Position numbers and translations under genes: made by a program. From Guillardia theta CCMP2712 (lineage: Eukaryota > Protista > Cryptophyta): DNA of 64,000 nt. The notes beneath the pieces were generated by a model. It did not search any database, was not told the origin of the DNA, and saw nothing but the letters and a program-made list of their open reading frames with translations. The DNA is taken from contig NW_005434604.1 in the NCBI RefSeq assembly GCF_000315625.1, positions 186,001 through 250,000 on the forward strand. Direction: 5' to 3'. Shown here in pieces: positions 12,218-24,698 of the stretch; positions within the stretch are counted from its first letter, which is position 1; every line of letters begins with the position of its first letter.

Positions 12218-13559
12218 GTGCTGTATCGATGGGAGAAGCACAACAATTGTATCTACATAGGAGTTTATGTCCGAACATTATGCCTTCAGAGCCAATACAT
12301 GTTGGTATGAAACACACCCAACTCAAATGCTTGAATCTAATATTCTCAATAGGTGCAGAGAACAAAAGGCAACAGTCTCCAACGAGCGATATTCAAGGTG
12401 ATTTAAATCTGTTTGTTGACTGAGCGTGGGTCTTCGTGTTATTTGTGGTTGAATTTTTTTCGATCCTAGAACATTCGAATCACAATCCAACGCCAAGTAG
12501 TGAAACACGATCAAATTGCAATCGTCACATGAAGCATTTTGAACCTGCAGCTCCTGTAGAGGGTTGCAGCAGCAAAGTATGGATCCCACTCCGGTTTGAT
12601 TTCCTCTGTGACTTGTTGTATTCCAGCGCGTCCGTTGCATCCATTGCAGCTGGACCGGTGCAAAGAATGTGTCGCAACAACTCCATCACTTGGCGGTATA
12701 TCATGTTGGTTTCTTTTAATATGAGACTCACATGCTTCAGGTCGTTTGCCCAACCTTCCCTACAATACCAGAATATCAAGACGAATGGAGGATACTGGTG
12801 AATTTGCTCAGCAAACTCGATTCAGGTCTGATGTTCTCCCAGGTCCGAAATTTGCCTTCTTCCCAGTTGAAGACCAAGAAGTCTAAACAAGCCCATGCGC
12901 TCGCATTACAATCTTGTTTGCCAAGCTCCGTCCTTGATGGGAGTTTGGACTCACAGGTTGAGTACACCTTGTGCTTGATTTGTCCTTGACGTGGTTGCGT
13001 AACAGGAAATCAGAGGTGATGAGCCACCAGGCAAGAGAGCAAAGCGGGGTGACAGTCAATCAAGAGCGCAGAATCCAAACCTGTCAAGAGCACTAGAGCA
13101 CATCATGCAAGTAGCTGCTGAAGCCCAGGACGCGCAATCTTCGTCGCCAATGCTGAGACAGGCGAGAGTTGGGCGAGGCAGGCTTTCCGGGATTAACATC
13201 TGTATGAAGGCCGTGAGAGATGAAGAAGTGTCACATGTGCTAAGACAAGTACTGAAGGAGATTAAGGTTCGACGGTTGTATGATGCAAATCTCAAATAAG
13301 ACACAAAATAGGGATTACGAGAAGACACCAAGAGACAGACAGAAGAAACTCGGGAAGTTTCTAAGTTGCTGAAAGAAATTCTTGGAAACAGAATCCCCTC
13401 GCAGGTAATTCAAAATCTGATTGAAATCTGATACTCAGAAATTTGATCGTTTTGCTTGCAGGAACTTGGCGGACGTCCCTCAAACGGTAGAGCTTGATTG
13501 CAATAGCTGAAGTGGAACTTGACCTCTTTTCTTCCACAGAAGCTCAAGATCCAAACTGA
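12218..13559 (+). CDS. BED-type zinc-finger protein with NLS-like motif and C-terminal coiled coil (start uncertain)
   Basis: Spliced reading HMKHF...SK|RVRCIHCSWTGAKNVSQQLHHLA|VVCPTF gives C-x2-C-x13-H-x4-C through canonical phase-0 introns; PPGKRAKR; stop TGA 13557-13559. Confidence 0.65.
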
Positions 13560-13803
13560 AACAATTCAAGGAACAAGACCAGATCCCTGTGGTCACATGA
13601 TGTAAAAGAAGGATCCGGCAGGTTCGGAACATTCCTTAATACATGCACAAGGCACCTCGGGCAAGAGCATCATCACAACATGTCGAAATATTTATACATA
13701 TTTTTTCAATCAATCAATTGCTTTAAATGACAGTCCATATTTTGTTCGTGTATTTTTGTTTCTGTGGGATGATTTTCTGACAACAATGCGTTTTGATTGT
13801 TTC

Positions 13804-14237
13804 TTATAACTTTTTCCACTCTGCTGGAGCAACAGATTGCAGATCGCAGCTGCTGAAGGCTGAGAGGCAATGCAGGGTAGAAGAGAGTCTTGCATCCATT
13901 GGATTCTTTTCTCGGTCTACTTCTCTTTTCCAGCAGTGTAAGGCTGGAGGCCCAGGAGGCCTTGTGATGAGGAGGGCAGCCTGTCTGCCATCATCCCCTC
14001 CCTTGGCCTCTCCACTTCCAACGACCCTGAGACATGGAGCTCTCTCGCCATTCTCATCGACATGTTCATGCTGCAACAGTAGCAAACATACAAGGTTCTA
14101 TTCGATCAAGCTTGAATGCTAGGACTCATCAACAAGATTCAAAACAGATCACTCAAGAGCAAGGAGGCCTCTTAGTTTCTTGGCACTATGATACAACAAC
14201 CATACGAGAACAGCAGAAAGAAAGTCAGCCGTCTCAT
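13804..14237 (-). CDS. Possible small hypothetical gene
   Basis: ORF 13804-14085 plus upstream ATG-RRLTFFLLFS at 14237; exon joins not resolved. Confidence 0.2.
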
Positions 14238-14258
14238 AGCTACTGAGTTTGGTGAACG

Positions 14259-16792
14259 CTATATCTTCTTCGCGATCTTGTCGTTCTTTCGGATCTGCTG
14301 GTACATGGCATCGATCCTCGCCTGGTACTTCTTGACTAGGTTTGACCGCCGGAGCTTGAGGGTGGGAGTGACCAGCTCTTCCTCTATGGTGAACCCCTGA
14401 CCCGCCTCGTTCACCTCGGTCTCAAACTCGATCTCACACGGCAGTTCAAAGCCCCTCAACTTCGCCGCGCGCCCGATGGCGATGACGTCATCGAAGATCA
14501 TCCTCTTCACTGCAGGATCCCTTACCAGGTCAGCCATGCTCGTCCTCGGCCTGTGCCTTCCTGCCCACGTCATCAAGACCTCTCGATCTGGCACTATCAC
14601 TGCGACCACGTAGTTCTCGTAGGAGTTGCCGTAGATCCAGCACTGTCCCACCCACTTGCAGGCGCTCAAGGCATTCTCAACAGCCTCAGGCGCTACGTAC
14701 TCGCCTTGTGCGAGCTTGAAGATGTTCTTCTTGCGGTCGATGACTGAGAGCGAGCCGTCTTGATTCCACATGCCGATATCGCCCGTGTGGAGCCAACCCT
14801 TGTCGTCAAGCGCTTCTCTGCTCTCCTCCTCATTCTTCAAGTAACCCGGAAACACATTGAAACCCCGCAAGCAGATCTCTCCTCGCTCGACCACTCTGCC
14901 GGCAAGAGTGGGATCGAAGGGTCCTTTGAAGGAAGCCTGCTGCTCAAACTCTCTCTTTGTCGTCGGATAAACATCTGAGCTCTTGTAGTCTTCAGTGTCT
15001 CGCAGCTTCACCTCAACTACTGGCGTTGGGCCCCCGACATTTCCTCCTTTGATACTGCCAAGCGGCTGAACGCAAGCAGTAGCAGAGTTCTCAGTCATCC
15101 CGTACCCTTCAAGGACAGGACAGTCGAAGACTTGCCTGAGGAAGTTGTGAAGCTCTGCACTGAGAGGAGCAGCGCCTGAGGCCAGCAGACGGATTCTTCC
15201 GCCGAGCACTCGTTTGAGCTTGTTGAAGAGTATCTTGTTGTAAATGAACTTGGTCTTCTTCGATCTCATTCCCCAGTTGAAGATGGTCTTTGCGATGAAA
15301 CCCTTGCTCTCAACGCCCATCAAGACCTTGTCATAGATACGCGCGTAGATTCTCGGAACTCCAGCCATGATGGTCGGTCGGAGATCCGGCAGGTCCTCAC
15401 TCACGAGCTTCTTGACATCTCCCTGATAGAAGCCGATGGCGCAGCCAACCAAGACAACGCAGTTCTGGAGCCCGACTTCGAGCGAGTGAGCGAGGGGGAG
15501 GTAGGAGATGTAGAGGTTGTCTTCAAGCAGCAAGTCCTCACGGAAGTTCTGACGGAGAATTCCAGCAGCTGAGGATAGCACGTTCTCGTGCGTCTGGATC
15601 ACTCCCTTGGGGACCCCGGTCGTCCCGCTCGTGTACATGATGCAGGCCCAGTCCTTTGGAGCCGGCATCAAGGTAGACTGCAAGCAAGGCGTTAAAAGGG
15701 TTCTTATGCTCGGGCCCATGGCTGCTCACGGGACTTTGAGCGGATGTCAAGATAATGTTACTGAAGGAGAAGAGTTTCAAGCCTTGGGATATAGAAGAGA
15801 AACGTGAGTAGAAGCAAGACCATTTCTGTCATATCACCAGCAACTAGTGCACTAGAAATCTCCTCCTCTGTAGGATCCTCGAATAGAATCTTTCACAACT
15901 TGTCAGGGCTTTGAAGTCAAACTTCAGTTCCCCTCACGATGTTCCTGAGATTCGAGCCCTTCCAGTCGCACTTGATCAAGTTGGGCAACTTTGCTCGTTC
16001 TGCTGCGATCTAGGACAAGAATGTCAGCTCCTCCTGCGAGGATGTTTCATTAACCGTCGTTAACTCGGCATGAGTAACGATGTAAGTGACGGAGTTGAGC
16101 ATGAGCGTGTCGTACAGGGGAACAACCTGACGTGAATCCCTCACTCTCCGTCGTTCCAATGCTGCGATCAACAGACCACGATGCGGGACCTCCAGGCAGC
16201 ATGAAGCAGCTTCGTCCATTCGGAGCGATTGATTCTGCAGCATTCATCACCGATACTCCTTATCATATTTGCAACGTACGAGTAGATTCCAATGCGAAAT
16301 TGGCTCTCCCCCTCCTTTCCTGTGCTATCCAGCCCGCACTGTTGCACGAGGCCAACCCCCAACCTGCCGACAAGGCTTGAGTGACATGAAGCAGCTAGCA
16401 AGACAGACCTCAGGATGTCTGTATAGCATTTCTCGTAGGTCTCGAAGACGTACTTTCCTCTCTTGCCCTCCGGCTCCCGCGTCCGCTCCCCCAAGAATGG
16501 GCGGCTTGCAAACCTGAAACGACAATCAACGGGGACCAACATCATCGTGCTTACTTGTCTCGTGCACGTTTCAAACAAGCGGACATGGTGTTGATGTGCG
16601 GCTCATCCGAGAAAGGCAGCGACACGAGCTCCTTCTCGTAGCCTGGCGCGCGATGGACTTTGCTCTCGTTCTCAGCCTCCCTCTCTCCCCACTGTCAACA
16701 GGCACACTCATCAGCATCCCGTGCTCGCTCGTTAGTAAGATGGTTGCCTCAACAGAGAACACCGACGGAGTCGCGACGCCTTTCAGCGACAT
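14259..16792 (-). CDS. LACS: Long-chain acyl-CoA synthetase (AMP-binding)
   Basis: IMYTSGTTGVPKGV, YISYLPLAH, GYGMTE, GWLHTGDIG, IDRKKNIFKLAQGEYVAPE, TPTLKLRR; N-terminal exons (VVPLYDTL) joined by short introns; ATG at 16792. Confidence 0.95.
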
Positions 16793-17008
16793 GTTATCTC
16801 CCGTCTAGACGCGAACCTGAACACAACAAGCGACTCATCTCTTAGGGAAACTTGCGGCGTAATTTTCACTTATCAGTAAGTTTTAGCGACTGGTCGGATC
16901 GGATCGGACGGTCCACCGGCGTGGCCGCTTGAAATTGCCGCGCAACTTCGGCGTCACCTGGCATCCCGGGCCCCCGGGCCCGGACCGTACCATACGGGCC
17001 GCAGCTTC

Positions 17009-17037
17009 TTTACTCAAAGTTAAGTTAAAGATCAGTA
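17009..17037 (+). repeat. Dispersed ~30-bp intergenic element, full copy
   Basis: TTTACTCAAAGTTAAGTTAAAGATCAGTA, identical to 18133-18161. Confidence 0.85.
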
Positions 17038-17074
17038 CCGTAGGACAATCAGGATAGTCGAGGAGGCTTGACCC

Positions 17075-18060
17075 TCAACACTGTCGCACTGGCCAAACGG
17101 CGAGAAGAGAAAAGACAGCGAGAACCAAACCCAATTGATGTTGCACCCGCATGACGTTACGTCAGTAACGGACATGGCAGCATCATGCGAGTAGTCGTAA
17201 GAGGCTACGTACGCTGGCGAGGTGTATAATGCTAGAATCGAAGATCAGTGTACTGGACGTAGACGTACGTACAACACATTGGTATGATGAAAGCATGAGG
17301 CTGGTATAAACCGATACACATGTTTACTCATTGCTGTATTACGGGTTAAGCCTGACCTCGACATATAAGCAACCCATCTTAGACGTTGGCCACGTCATCG
17401 GAATGGGATTGCACGAACATTGACGTGTGTTCTCTTACTGCTGTACATAAACAAATCTAGCTTCATTGTTCATCTGTTCTACTCCTAAGTGCGGCACTAT
17501 CGCTCAGTTGCTGGACTATACCCGCATCACCAATCCTGCCGACTGCTGTCCCCCAAACTTAACTGATACCTTCACTTAACTGCGCGCAGGACAAGTCCCC
17601 CGCGCGGCCATGCCAGCGATGTCGCGGTGGCCGCCGCCGAAGGAATGAGACGCATACCGGGATGCACCCGCGATGGATGATGGCAGCGAAGGACAGGGAG
17701 GCCTTGAGCTGACGAACGATCCTGGACCGGATGCGTTTGCAAGTCGGATCACCTGAGACGTCTTGCGAGGCCGAGAGACCATCCAGCGCTGCCGTTGCCT
17801 TGTTCGCCGAGCGATCCGCCAGCCACCACAGCCTCGGAAAGCGCAACGCATCATCGTCCTGCAAGAGGCCATCAGTGCTGGCGATGATGGAAAGAAAGGC
17901 CTTTGGCGGGACGTGCTGAGCATATGCATTACGATGCCCTCGGAGGCTTCCGCTGTGCTGCCGCTTGCAGTTTGCTTCAGGGCCGTGTTGGGAAACGTGC
18001 AGAAAACGGTCACCGGCGCCTTTACTGTCACTGTGGATAAAGTTCGAAGTCCCCTACATG
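17075..18060 (-). CDS. Possible micro-exon hypothetical gene or degenerate gene
   Basis: Minus-strand open frame NAYAQHVPPKAFLSIIASTDGLLQDDDALRFPRLWWL, serial donor/branch/acceptor-like signals, and a hydrophobic terminal frame LGLVLAVFSLLAVWPVRQC* (TGA 17075-17077); full splice path not resolved. Confidence 0.3.
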
Positions 18061-18132
18061 ATGATCAGAAAAGATCCGGTACGGTACAGTGAGAACCGGC
18101 CGGGCCTGTGCGACAGTCCGATCATGAGTTAT

Positions 18133-18161
18133 TTTACTCAAAGTTAAGTTAAAGATCAGTA
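18133..18161 (+). repeat. Dispersed ~30-bp intergenic element, full copy
   Basis: Identical 29-mer to 17009-17037; upstream of the P4-ATPase. Confidence 0.85.
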
Positions 18162-19152
18162 TGAGTCATTGAGTGGCCGTCAGGGTCAAGCGGGGGCCTC
18201 CCGTACCGGGTCCGGTCCCAGCGATGACTAGTCAATCCGATGATCCCGGGCCCGCCCAAGTATCTTTGGGGATACATATGCCCCTGAAAGGTCTTGCGAC
18301 TCGACTGTTTTTTCTTCTCACGGCACGGTTTTGCCTGTCGAATTCAGAGCAACAATGCGAAACAACGTCTTCTGAGCTTCTGATAAGTTGAAAAATAACA
18401 ACGTTTGGCATGTCGCAGTGTTAAAACCTTCCATAGCCAGGGCAACAATGTGAAGATACTCTTTTTCATTGATATCCTAATTACTACACAAACGCAGCGC
18501 TTCACATTGTTGCCCTTGCATTCCCAGGAATTTCCATCCTTTGAGGTAACTAAAACATTCAGTCGAGTACTGAAAGCACCTTTCTTTTTACGTAACTGCC
18601 TCTGCAAGGGGTGGGTCCGTGAAAGAGGAAAGGGGGGTGATCCGATCTTTCTGCAGGATATGGAGGATGGAACAGATGGCTGTAAGCGGAAGGAGGGATG
18701 GTTGAGGGGCAGGAAGAGACGTATTGTTCGTAAGGAGTGCATGCATGTGTCGTTCACATGAGGAAACAAGGCAACCAGGGATGTAAACGGATAGCGATGT
18801 GATAGGATCACAGGATAGCATGTGATCATGGAAAAAGTCAAGTAGGAAGCGACGAGGCGTAGACGACCTCCGTGATCCCGTGGCTTCTCTCCTCACTTTC
18901 TTTTCCAGGTGTCGTTTTGTAGTCCAATGGTGACCTGACCGGTTTGATTCTTTCTTCGCCTCCGTGAACATGGACTACAGAAATCTTGTTCCATGGCATG
19001 GCAATGCGCACGGCGCAGGACCCCCTTTCCTTGCGGAATATGGCTTCCACAGTGCGCCTCACTTCATTCTTCAGCCATGGGATAGTCACAAGGGCTGAGT
19101 TGTGCTCTTACTTGACACGCTCTCTCGTGCATGATGCATGCGCCTCAGCCAG

Positions 19153-22100
19153 ATAACTTCAGGATCGTCAAGATCCTGAAGTCACTCACGGATCCAGACA
19201 GTCGGCCTCCTTTATTCTTCCAAGGTCAGTGATGAAGCGTTCCTAATACCTGATGGTACATTGTGTATGACTGATCCTCAGGGCGCGGGAGGAGGCCTGC
19301 GAAGGGGGCTGCAGGCAACAAGATCAAGACTACAAAGTACAACATCATCACCTTCCTGCCTAAGAATCTGGCGGAGCAGTTCAGACGTCTCTTCAACGTC
19401 TTCTGGCTCATTCAGTGTGTGATATCATTGATACCCAGCATTGCTGCGTATTCAGCTGTCACGACTATCATGGGCCTGGTGATTGTGCTGGTCATCAGCA
19501 TGTTGAAAGACGGGTACGAGGATTACAGGAGGTACGTTTCGGACAAGGAAGCCAACACGCAGCCGGTGTATGTGTTTCGAGATGGGAAGTTCGAGATGAT
19601 ATTTGCGGAGAATCTCCTAGTTGGAGACATTGTTCGTGTTGAGAAGAATCAGGTGTTTCCGGCGGACATGGTCATGGTTTCAAGCTCGGACCCGTCGGGG
19701 ATCACCTTTGTCGAGACGTCAAACCTGGATGGAGAGAGGAATCTCAAGCGCATGTGAGTGGAGGGGGAGAGATGTGTCAGTGCTACCTGATGGGGGAGGA
19801 GAGATGTGTTTGACTGCTGGGTCACTGTCGTTTGCTTCTAGGTATGCTCTCGATCATACAAAGTCGCTGCAAGACGAGGCCTCGCTCCTCAATCTGCAGG
19901 GCGAAATCTTTGTTGAGAAGCCGAATCCTTATCTTTATGAATTCACTGGACAATGGAAGATGGTATGTTGATGTTGAAGTCTTGTTCAGGCATGTAGTCT
20001 ATCTGATGGGATGTAGAGTCATTTTCCTCTCTGTGATCTTGCTGGGTATCCAGCATTTTGCTAACTTTTCATTTCCGTCCAGCCGCACACGCACGTGCAA
20101 AGCGTGTCGAATGAGCAGCTTCATGATTCACATCCTTCGCATGACCTTCGCGCCATGTTCCCCATCTCCGTCGAGAACGTCTGTCTGCGCGGGGCTCGTT
20201 TGAAGAAGACAAGCTGGGCAGTCGGGATCGTCGTGTATGCGGTAGTTTTGATGTGATAAGATTGAACCTGAGGAGGAAGCAATGATGTGACAACCTGAAT
20301 GATGAAGATGATGCCGGAACAGACTGTCTCCCCTTCACTGACATGTTCTCTTGCTCATCCAGGGGATGGAATCCAAGCTTGCAAAAAACTCAAGTGCCGC
20401 GAGAACGTGAGCATTTCGTTTCCGATATTTCTCGCTCCTCCTCCTCCTCCTCTGCTCTGAGCTTCTCTTCTCAGAACATCCTCACCCTTCTCCTCACCCT
20501 CTTGTGCTACAGGAAATTCTCCACGATGGACAAGACGCTGAACTTTTGCATCGCCATGCTCTTCGTCTTCCTCACGATCCTGTCCCTAGCCCTCATGGGA
20601 GGATCGTACGCTGTCGCTCCCTCTACAAACAACTACTTCTACCTGCAGAACGTCTCTGCCTGCTCTTGTCCTGCATGTCGAAGATGACGAGGATGTTACA
20701 GGCCTCTCAGAGCAGCCAAAACCTCTTCCTCAACTTCTTCACCAACTTGATGCTTCTCAACACCTTCATCCCCCTGTCTCTCATGGTCACGCTCGAGGTT
20801 TCCATCTTCCTGCAGGTCTTGTTGAGAGGCGGAAGATGAGGAGAGGAGCAGAGCAGAGCAGAGGGGAGGGGAGGAGGATTGGAAAGCCGGGGGAGGGAAG
20901 GGGAGGCTAACACAACTGTGGCAGTCTTTCTTCATGCAGTGGGACGATGACTTGTGGTCTGAGGAGCGAGGAAACATGCGGGTGAGGAGAGAGAGGCAGG
21001 AGCCTGGGTTTGATGTGCGAGTAGGTGTTGACTTCTAACCTCAACTCCGAGCTCGGCATCATCGAATACGTCTTCTGTGACAAGACGGGAACGCTTACCA
21101 AGAACCAGATGGTCTTCAAGGGCTGCTCCGTGTACGGCCGAGTTTTCTCAGAGGTCATGGACGGTCAGCTTGCAGAGGCTATGGGGAGTCAGGAGACGAC
21201 GCCGCAGCTGCAGCGATCCCTGCTCACCTTCATGGAGGCTCTTACCATCTGCAACGACGTCGTTCCGGAGATATCCAAGGACATCGACAGCACGCTTGAC
21301 CTCGCCTCCTCTGACCCGACGACCTTCGTCAGCTCCAGCCCAGACGAGATCGGCCTTGTTGAGGTCTCGATGAGCGCGCTTGTCCCTGCCATGCCTCTGA
21401 TGCCTTGACAGTGTGCGGCAAAGAATGGTTGGAGGTTGTTTCATCGCGAGCCTTCACATGTAAGTTACCGCCTCCTCCCTTCGTCCCTCTCTGTCTATCC
21501 TCTGCTTTTCCTTCTTTCCAACTGCTCTGCTCCCCTATCTCATCGTATCTTCTTTCTCCTCTCACCTTTTGTCACCATCCTCTCCCCATTCCTTTTCTCC
21601 ATTTCTTCCTCGCCCCTCATTCCATTTCTCTTTCTCTTTCCTTCCTGTCCTCTCCTTCTCCCTTCTGATCGCCCTCGTGTTCCTTCTTTGCAGGTGATTA
21701 TCCTGGATGACAACGGTCGAACGATCGAGTACAAAGTCTTACATGTCATCGAGTTCACACCTGAGAGACGCCGTATGTCAGTCCTGATTCAGGTCAGACA
21801 CTGATGCTTCGAATGTCAAATACTAGGAAGTGAGGGGCTGGGAGGTCCGATGGGGTGTATGTAGCAACAAGAGAGGTCTTAGTGATGTGATGAAAGGAAA
21901 GTGGGGAGGAATAGAAAGTGAGAAAGTGAGAGAGGGAGAGAGGAAGGGAGGGAGAGAGGAAGGGAGGGAGAGAGGAAGGGAGGGAGAGAGGAAGGGAGGG
22001 AGAGAGGAAGGGAGGGAGAGAGGAAGGGAGGGAGAGTGGAAGGGAGGGAGAGACTACGTAGAGTGAGGTATAATTAACATAATTCTGAATTTTTGGTTTC

Positions 22101-22468
22101 AGAGAAAGGATGGGACAAGAATGTTGTTGAGCAAAGGGGCAGACATGGCCATGCTCCCTCTATGCAAAGACAACACAGACGCAGCAGTACTCGAGAAGAT
22201 GATGAAGGTGATGAAAACATCTTTCTGCCTTTTCCCGTTTTGCCGACCCTTTCGACCTTGTAATTTCCTCCAATGCTTATTACATATCCTTTTCCTCCTG
22301 TCTTATCGTCATTTCATAACCTGTATTCTCGCATCGCTATCAACGTCTCTTTCTCCTCGTCTTGTCTCAACTCATTAACATCTCTCATCCAATCTTTCAG
22401 GATTCCGAACATTTCGCGACCGAAGGATATCGAGTTCTCATGATTGCTGCGAGAGAAATCTCAGAAGG

Positions 22469-22519
<51 letters not shown>

Positions 22520-24390
22520 ACTTCCTACCAGATTATTCCTTCCTCTTCTTCACCTACCTCCTCTTGCTTCTGAACCTCCAAGCTTTTTCTCCTTGCCTTA
22601 CGAACGACTCAGATGAGTTCATCGCCTTTGAAACCTCCTTCCTCCGCACCAGCAGCTTGTTCGATCGCCGCAAGGAGGAGGTAGCGCGGCTCTATGACAC
22701 CCTCGAGAGGGATCTTACCTGCCATGGCGTGACGGCGGTTGAAGACAAACTGCAGGAGGAAGTGCCGGAGACTGTCCAGTACCTGATCCGTGCGGGCATG
22801 CACGTATGGATCCTGACGGGAGACAAGCTTCAGACTGCCCTGACCATCGCCTATTCCTCCTCCATCATCTCCTCCGACATGGCGCTCTCCGTCATCGACT
22901 CGTCCACCTGGGAGGAGCTGGAGCAGGAGCTGAGGAGAGCGAGGGAGGAGCCGCCGGGGCCGCAAGGGAAGGCACTTGTGATAGGAGGAGCCGCTCTCGC
23001 GCTTGCTCAGACGAGAGCGGAGGAGGAACTGGTTGCGCTCTGCCAGGCATGCACAGTCATCGTCTGCGCCCGCTGCGCTCCCGTGCAGAAGGCGCAGGTG
23101 GTGGACCTGGTGATTCGGAAGCTCAACAAAGTCTCGCTAGCCGTGGGGGATGGAGGGAACGACGTTCCGATGATCCTGGCGGCCAACGTGGGCATCGGCA
23201 TCATGGGGAACGAGGGGATGCAGGCGGCTCGGTCCTCCGATTTCGCCATCGGGGAGTTCCGGCACTTGAAGAAGCTGCTGGCAGTGCATGGAAGACATTC
23301 CTGCCTGCGCACGTCGGAGCTGATCAAGTACTCCTTCTTCAAGAACATCTGCTTCTGCTCCCCCCAGGTTGTCTACTTCTTCTACACGCTCTTTTCCTCC
23401 ACCACCATCTACAGCGCCTGGATCATCCTGGGGTTCAACATCATCTTCACCGGGCTTCCTCCCTTCGCTCTCGCCATTTTCGAGAAAGACCTGACGCATG
23501 ACGTCATCTCCCTCTACCCCGAGCTCTACTGCACCAGCGACAGGAAGCAGCCCCTCAGCCTCTGGTCCTTCTTCGTGTGGGAGCTTCAGGCTTTCCTCCA
23601 GGGCGTCGTCCTCACCCTGGGCATCATCTACTCCATGGCGAGCTTTCAGACTGCCCCCTACGTGGAGGACGGGAAGGTCGCGAGCGCGGACGGTGTCGGG
23701 ATGCTGCTGGCAGAGGCGGTTGTCTGGGCTGTGACGCTCAAGATCATCGTGTTCCTGCGGCACTGGACCATCATCACGCACGTTTGCATCTGGCTCTCCC
23801 TCTTCGCCTTCTACATGGTCCTCCTCATCCTCAACACCTTCTTCTGCCCTCTGTCTGCCTTCGGCGACTCGAACCCTGTCTCCACCTGCGGGACTGTCGA
23901 CAACGAGGTGCTCAGGAGCACGCACAGCTGGCTTGTCGTCATCCTCTGGGTATTTGAGGCTGCTTGCTCGTCCCCATTCCCCCATCTCCTCTCTTCCACT
24001 TGCTCCTCCGCCCGCCTCCCCTCAACATCGCTTCTCCCTTCCAGCCCCCCCTTCACTTCCCTCTTCCCACCTGTCCTCCCGCTCCCCCATCTCATCAGGC
24101 TGCCTACAGGTGTCTGTCGTGCTGCTGTCGGATGTCGCCGTCGCTTACATCAGGAGAACTTTTTATCCTCAACCATGGCAGGCAAGATTTGCAGTCTCAA
24201 TCCTCCTCTCCATGACGTGCCCGTAGATCCTCCAAGAGGAGCTGATCCTCAATCAGGGAGCTCGTCTGCGAAGAGCGACAGAGTGAGTGAGATTCTTCCT
24301 CCTGCTACGATGCTCGTGACTTGTCGCAGTCCAAGTCAGCTGCCTGTCGTTCATTCCCCCACTACCGCCAGCCTGGCATACATCAGCTGA
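19153..24390 (+). CDS. P4-type ATPase, phospholipid flippase (5' end uncertain)
   Basis: NKIKTTKYNIITFLPKNLAEQFRR, ETSNLDGE, FCDKTGTLT (phosphorylated Asp), SPDE, RRRMSV, KGAD, WILTGDK, GDGGNDVPMI, YSFFKN; multiple introns including GC-AG 24182-24226. Confidence 0.95.
21925..22052. repeat. Intronic purine-rich tandem repeat (GGGAGAGAGGAAGGGA-like)
   Basis: Directly visible tandem units within a P4-ATPase intron. Confidence 0.85.
22470..22519. repeat. Intronic (CTCCTG)n microsatellite
   Basis: About 8 units directly after donor GAAG|GTGCTC; explains the spurious poly-L and PA ORF segments. Confidence 0.9.
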
Positions 24391-24698
24391 GCAACCGACC
24401 AAAATTTTCCTCCGCTCCTTCCCTTCTTCTCTACTCGCTCACCATCCCTATCTTGTAAGATTGTATGCTTCACCACCAATGTAAAAAGTCCTAAAAGCTC
24501 CTGTCTGTTTATGAAAACATTGAAGCCATCCTGTTCTACATTTGACTGCGATAAAAAAGAAAGATAAATGATGCAAAAATTTGCGCTGCTGTCCTGCCGA
24601 CCTGCTGCCCTGCGGTCGGCAGGGCGAAAACACAAAATTTGAGAGGGTGGAGGGCCAGCCGAGAGCTTCACTGCATGAGGACGATTAAGGGGTTGACA

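Noticed and set aside
12218-13559. Intact hAT transposon
   Set aside because: BED finger only; no catalytic DDE or dimerisation domain, TIRs or 8-bp TSD seen.
17009-18161. 29-bp direct repeats read as CRISPR repeats or LTRs
   Set aside because: Only two adjacent copies 1.1 kb apart, further copies dispersed in both orientations, eukaryotic context, and no cas, RT or integrase.
21925-22052. GA-rich repeat as telomere-like or nucleomorph-telomere sequence
   Set aside because: It lies inside a P4-ATPase intron and is only loosely similar; an ordinary simple repeat.
22444-22612. Poly-Leu signal peptide at the start of the 648-aa ORF
   Set aside because: Intronic (CTCCTG)n; the true frame splices ISE/DEF.
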